DNA of 55,785 nucleotides, counting the filler, from Ionaspis alba (taxonomy: Eukaryota), in assembly GCA_964255285.1 (NCBI GenBank). It is 4 parts of 4 records of this genome, joined end to end, with 100 filler letters (N's around TTAATTAATTAA, not from the genome) between each part and the next. Parts side by side here need not be neighbours in the genome. Positions count along the whole stretch, not along the records: positions 41,956 to 55,785 come from CAXUUL010000447.1; 3 more parts are not named here. The stretch is one strand, 5' to 3'. This document shows positions 50,401-55,785 of the stretch, in pieces; the first letter of the stretch is position 1; every line of letters starts with the position of its first letter. The notes beneath the pieces were generated by a model. That model saw only the letters and a program-made list of their open reading frames with translations. It ran no database searches and was not told the DNA's origin. Both the position numbers and the translations under genes were made by a program.

Positions 50401-52060
50401 CCAAAGACCGTGGATACAGTCGCACATCCTCCTATTCTTTTCGACGACCCCCGCGTTTCGATTATCAACTTTAAGCCAACGGAGTCTTTGCGGATTACTT
50501 GCTTGACAATCGGATCACGTGGTGACGTCCAGCCATACATCGCACTTTGCAAGGGTCTTCTTGCAGAAGGCCACCGGCCCAAAATAGCGACACACGCAGA
50601 ATTCGAACCTTGGGTGAGAAAGCACGGGATTGACTTTGCTCCGGTGGACGGAGATCCTGCCGAGCTCATGCGTATCTGTGTGGAAAACGGCATGTTCACA
50701 TATTCCTTCTTGAGAGAGGCATCCGTCAAATTCCGAGGTTGGATCGACGAACTTCTCAGCTCCGCTTGGACGGCGTGTCAAGAGACGGACCTCTTGATCG
50801 AAAGTCCCAGCGCTATGGCGGGAATTCACATCGCCGAAGCATTGGCTATACCTTATTTCCGTGCCTTCACGATGCCTTGGACTCGGACGCGAGCCTATCC
50901 TCACGCGTTTGCCGTACCAGAGCGCAAAATGGGGGGTGCTTATAATTATGTCACCTACGTTATGTTCGACAACGTCTTCTGGACAGCCATTGCTGGACAA
51001 GTGAACCGGTGGCGTAAGAAGGAACTAGGGCTGCGAAGTACCAATCTCGATAAATTACACCCCAACAAAGTACCATTTCTTTACAACTTCAGCCCCTCGG
51101 TGGTGATCCCGCCTCTTGACTACAGCGATTGGATCCGAGTCACGGGATACTGGTTTCTCGACGAAGCTTCTGATTGGACGCCATCGAAAGAATTGATGGA
51201 TTTCATCGCCCAAGCTCGGTCCGATGGTAAGAAATTGGTCTACATTGGTTTCGGATCCATTGTCGTGTCCGATCCTGCGGCACTGACCAAGACTGTCGTC
51301 GAATCTGTCCTCAAAGCAGACGTTCGCTGCATTCTTTCCAAAGGATGGTCGGATCGGCTCGGCAGCAAAGATGCTGCTGTTGCAGAAGTTCCTTTACCGT
51401 CGGAAATCCTCCAGATCAAATCTGCACCTCACGACTGGCTGTTCAAGCAAATCGACGCGGCAGCCCACCATGGTGGAGCGGGGACGACCGGCGCAAGCTT
51501 GCGAGCTGGATTGCCTACCATTGTTAAGCCTTTCTTTGGAGATCAATTCTTTTTTGGTTCTCGTGTTGAAGACCTAGGTGTGGGGATATGCATGAAGAAA
51601 TTGAACGTGTCTGTTTTCTCCAGGGCTTTATGGGAGGCAACTCACAGCGAGCGGATGATTGTCAAGGCGAAGGTCCTAGGGGAGCAGATCCGCAGAGTAA
51701 CTCTTTCCCCGATCCAAAATTGCACGTTGAGCCCCTAAACTGATTGTGCTCGTTTAGGAAGACGGAGTTGGAAATGCCATTCAGGCGATCTACCGTGATC
51801 TCGAGTACGCGAAAACTCTGATCAAGTACCGCACCATTAATCCGGAGAACGACATTGGAGATGAGGAAAGCTGGACGTTCATCGGAGACGAAGGTGATCC
51901 GGAATTGGTCCGACGGATAGCAGAGTGGGACCCCACAGGACGAACGAGTGTTGACATGAGGAAGTCATCGATGCCAGCACTTGCGTCCCACGATTCAGGC
52001 GCGCTGGCGGTCCCGTTTCGGAAGATGCCTAGTAGGGAGTCATCGAGAACGAGGATATGA
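47464..52060 (+). CDS. ATG26: Sterol 3-beta-glucosyltransferase (GRAM, PH, GT1 domains)
   Basis: [19 protein letters not shown] domain, [37 protein letters not shown]; last exon 51758-52060 [19 protein letters not shown]. Confidence 0.95.
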
Positions 52061-52564
52061 AAGTGGTATTGGTTCAGGAAGGACTGGTATTATCCTTAAT
52101 TGCTGTACTGTTTTGCTGCACTTGGAGCGATGTCCTATCATCTTGGTGTTGTTTCTTTTTGGTTCTCAATCACAGGATAAACGTATTTAGACGGGAGTTC
52201 TAAGAGAGGGTCGAACGGGCGTTCTGTGGCATCGCCACTCTAAATTAAGGTGTCATAGGTTTGGAGGATGCGGTCGAGCCATCTAGGCGATCGGCATGTC
52301 ATTCATGACTGGTACTGGTAGAGAACAGAATACGTAATTACCCATTAACCTAAACTCCAAACACACTGTTTGCTGCTTCCTTGTGTACCGCATTGACTTA
52401 CTGTGGACTCTGATTGAGCCTTGAACAGGGGGCGAGACTGGCTTCTGGTGAAGGAATCATTCTCATAATCACTCATCCAGATTTAGATTCTATAGCGTCT
52501 GTACCAATAGCATTAATAGGCGAATCTAATCCACGATATTCAATGCCCGAGTAGTCTTGATACT

Positions 52565-53007
52565 TCATGAAACCTTAGACTGTACACACAATGCAATGCC
52601 TCCCAGGACAAATCCCATTCCGACCCAAGTGTCTAAGGATCAAACGTCAGCACAAGGCGCACGCAAGATGTATAGGAATACCGTCTACCTCTGGAAATTA
52701 CCTTCCCCTCCGCCCACCACTCCCCCAGCACCGTAAACAAAAACGCCAGCGAATTCGTAATCGGCACGGTAAGACTCAATTCTGCCTCTAGTCAGCCTCT
52801 TCCTCTAAGTACTCACTCGAAACCTGTCGATCACTCACCCGCCTTCCCAATCAACAAAAAGAACCACACACTCCCTGTCAAATTGATCAGAAGCGGCACC
52901 GCATACCCTGGACTCCGCAACAAATCCAGCACCGTATAAACCCCCTTCAGCACCTTCCTCGCCACCCAGCTATTCCGTGGAGACTCAATCGATGGTCGGG
53001 AAGGCGG
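52565..53007 (-). CDS. TMEM234/UPF0546-family small membrane protein, 5' part lost in gap
   Basis: Three visible exons: ..DLLRSPGYAVPLLINLTGSVWFFLLIGKA / ELSLTVPITNSLAFLFTVLGEWWAEGKVISR / DTWVGMGFVLGGIALCVQSKVS*. Not present in the ORF track. Confidence 0.85.
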
Positions 53008-53107
53008 NNNNNNNNNNNNNNNNNNNNNNNNNNNNNNNNNNNNNNNNNNNNNNNNNNNNNNNNNNNNNNNNNNNNNNNNNNNNNNNNNNNNNNNNNNNNN
53101 NNNNNNN
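53008..53107. other. 100-N assembly gap
   Basis: Run of N; truncates the TMEM234-like gene. Confidence 0.95.
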
Positions 53108-53796
53108 GCTCTCCGGTCGGTATACTACTTTGCCCTGCCTCACAGCTGCATGAGGTGTGTCAACCGGTATGCCAGCCTTGGTCCAAACATGGTTGGATGT
53201 GGGACTGCTGAGGCTTTACGGCCTACTATTTAGACATTTATTGACCTACATGACCGTTGAGTATCTTCGAACCTTTACGCAGGCCATTGTCACTCTGCGA
53301 GTCTGACAGAAGCTGTTCTTTACATGGGTGACGTAGTGTCACCTTGTGGTCTGGTCAGATCACGATTCTTAGCTGAGTAAGTGAGATTAGATAACATGAT
53401 GATTGAATGCCTTGGTTCCTTGTTGCTTACATGTCAGCGGTCATCCCATGTCCCTACACACCAATTTGTGGTTTGCTGGCTGCGCATGCACTTGATGAGT
53501 CATTTGAATCCTGCACGAGGTCACTGGTTGGTATAGGACAGATGAGTGTACAGAAAGCCTTGACCGCTCGCATTGCAGGATCACTGTCGCAGGCTGTGAA
53601 ATGGGCCGAGATTGCTTATGCATTTCTTGCATGGCTGCTGTGGTCTATAAGATCTTAGGCTGAAGGAAGTAGAGCCTCGTCTGTGGGAGAGAATACAAAA
53701 AGAGCGATTCTCCCGTTGTCGAAGATGGACTTTGTTACTGCTCGTTGTTCTTGAACAGAGTCTCGCGTGGTCCAAATTTTTCAAAGTATTCTAGCT

Positions 53797-55785
53797 ATGC
53801 TTAAACCATTGTTATTCATCTGGACAGCAATTGCATTAACAGCCATAGCTGCTCCAATCAGCCAAAATGAAACAGCAAGAGAGGTCTTTCGGAAGGTAGC
53901 TTGCATCTGCTGGTGCTCAAGGGCCAGTTCTCCTATTTCGCGATCCTTTGGTTGACTGATGCCTTTAGATCCCGTCTTCAACGAACCTCAAATGGTATCC
54001 TTGTCAGTCTCAATTCTATTGTGCAATGCTGAGCGTACGTTCTCTTTCTATTGTGCAACCCCACAGACACATCCCTAATGTTTCTCCTCTAAGGTTCCCC
54101 TCGATTATGCAAAGCCAAAGGGAACACGAGCTTCAGTCCCGCTCATCAAAATTCCAGCGGACAAACATTCCCTCAATGGAACCTACAAAGGGATGATTTT
54201 GTTCAATCCAGGCGGACCTGGTGGATCTGGTGTGGATACTATCCTCAATGCAGGCTCACTGCTCCGTCATGTGACTGGCACCAACTTCGACCTCGTCGGT
54301 TTCGACCCACGGGGCATCGGAAGTAGCGTTCCATTGGCCAATTGCTCTGCACCAGCTGTCTTATCGCCTTTGCGACGCCGGCTGCTCAAGATCACTGGTC
54401 CCGAATTACCAGACGCTGTTTTAGAAAAGATATATGTTCAATCACGTAAGTTTGGAGACATATGCCAAGTTGCCATGGGAGGCCCAGACGAGGCAGGACC
54501 ACATATGTCTACCGCGGTCGTTGTGAAGGACATGATTAGTATCGTCGACGCGTTCGCTTGCAGCAAGGAAGGGAAGCGGGTCAAGAACGCCCATCTGCTC
54601 AACTACGGTGGATTCAGCTACGGAACATTCATTGGAGAGACCTTCGCAACTTTGTTCCCTGATCGGGTCGGCCGCTTTGTTCTTGATGGTGTCCTTGATC
54701 CCTTACAATATACTAACTCCTCTACGGTTGCGACCCTCGAATTTCTCGATGATGTGTGGTCCACCTACTTTGTTTATTGTCATGCCGCTGGACCACTCTT
54801 GTGCCCATACTATACGGGTAACAGCGCAGTAGATATCTACAACCGTTTCGAGAGATCCTTCTCGCAGCTCGATGTCCATTACGCATTGGCTCAGAATTGG
54901 ACAAACGCAACCGTGATTGGAGAAGCCCTGGCACTGACTAAGAAGCTTATCGAGGGGGCTGTGTACGGCCCCAAGACCCTGTTTCCGAAAGCGACTCCTT
55001 TACTGCTAGGCTTAGAAGGTGCACTGAAGAACCATACTCTGGATTCCTTCCTCAGAAGTGCTTCCGACACACTTCGGCCGTCTACGGCTTTGAGTGTCGA
55101 AGCGCAGATAGGGGTTTTCTGCTCCGATAATAATGGTTTGTTCTACAACAGAACTTTTGAAGCACTGAAACCAGACATCCGTGCATTAGAGAAGGAAAGC
55201 GTGATTGGTGGAGAGACCTTTGCACAGACAGTTCTGGATTGTGCCGGGTGGCCAATCAAAGGGGTAGATGTCTATCTCGGTGAGCTTCCGAATTGTATTT
55301 TGGTAGTGAGTCAGCGATTAACAGACGAACAGGACCCTTTGGCGGTGTGACAAAGAATCCCATCCTGTTCGTGTCCAACACTCTGGATCCGGTAACTCCT
55401 ATTACCAGGTGAGGTTCTTGAGAATTTTGTAGCCGCTTAGGCTAACGATCAATAGTGGACGAACATGGGCACCAAGGTATAAGGATGCACAGCTGCTCAC
55501 TATTGAAGGCACAGGGGTAAGCACTCCCACTGCCCTTGCCTACTATCCCTTCGCCTCGCTTATACACTACTCCATCGCAACCCAAAAGTAGAAACGTTCG
55601 AGCTAATTAATTCTGCTGATAGCACACTTCCAGCGCAACGGAAAACTCCTGCGCCTTTGCCAAGATCGGCGCTTATTTCCAAACGGGACAGTTGCCAGGA
55701 AAGGATGCTTTCTGCCCGCTGGAGGAAGGCCCGTTTAACATCACGCTACCGACAGGGGCACTGGCTAAACGAGACGATTTGAGCG
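53797..55785 (+). CDS. Secreted alpha/beta-hydrolase, TAP-like peptidase (S33 family); 3' end beyond window
   Basis: Signal peptide MLKPLLFIWTAIALTAIA; VPLDY, FNPGGPGGSG, GFDPRGIG, nucleophile GFSYGT, FPDRVGRFVLDG, NTLDPVTP, G/HTS catalytic His region; several introns. Confidence 0.88.

Overview
Eukaryotic, intron-rich fungal DNA: filamentous ascomycete (Pezizomycotina)-style genes with short GT-AG introns and CTRAC branch sites, from a draft scaffold with six 100-nt gaps. About 7.8-52 kb is a core housekeeping block: RRP5, STH1/SNF21, a BAR protein, RPL2, a WHIM1-like protein, RRP36, MAK10, ATP15, QCR2, RPC82, a PLC-like phosphodiesterase, ABP2, a PMP47-like carrier, RPT3, PEP4, ATG26 and a TMEM234-like gene. 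A secreted TAP-like alpha/beta-hydrolase runs off the right end. The first ~7 kb looks accessory: an orphan gene, a minisatellite, and a DUF6594-like membrane-protein pseudogene (two in-frame TAA stops plus a 70-bp duplication of its splice acceptor). That pseudogene sits head-to-head, across a 39-bp palindrome, with a HeLo-like/ankyrin NLR-like gene that lacks a nucleotide-binding domain. The most striking non-coding object is a 186-bp element upstream of RRP5 with 32-bp CAC...GTG terminal inverted repeats and a 5-bp GC-rich target-site duplication, the signature of a Transib-like (RAG-ancestor type) MITE. Gene identities come from recognising translated motifs; no database searches were run.
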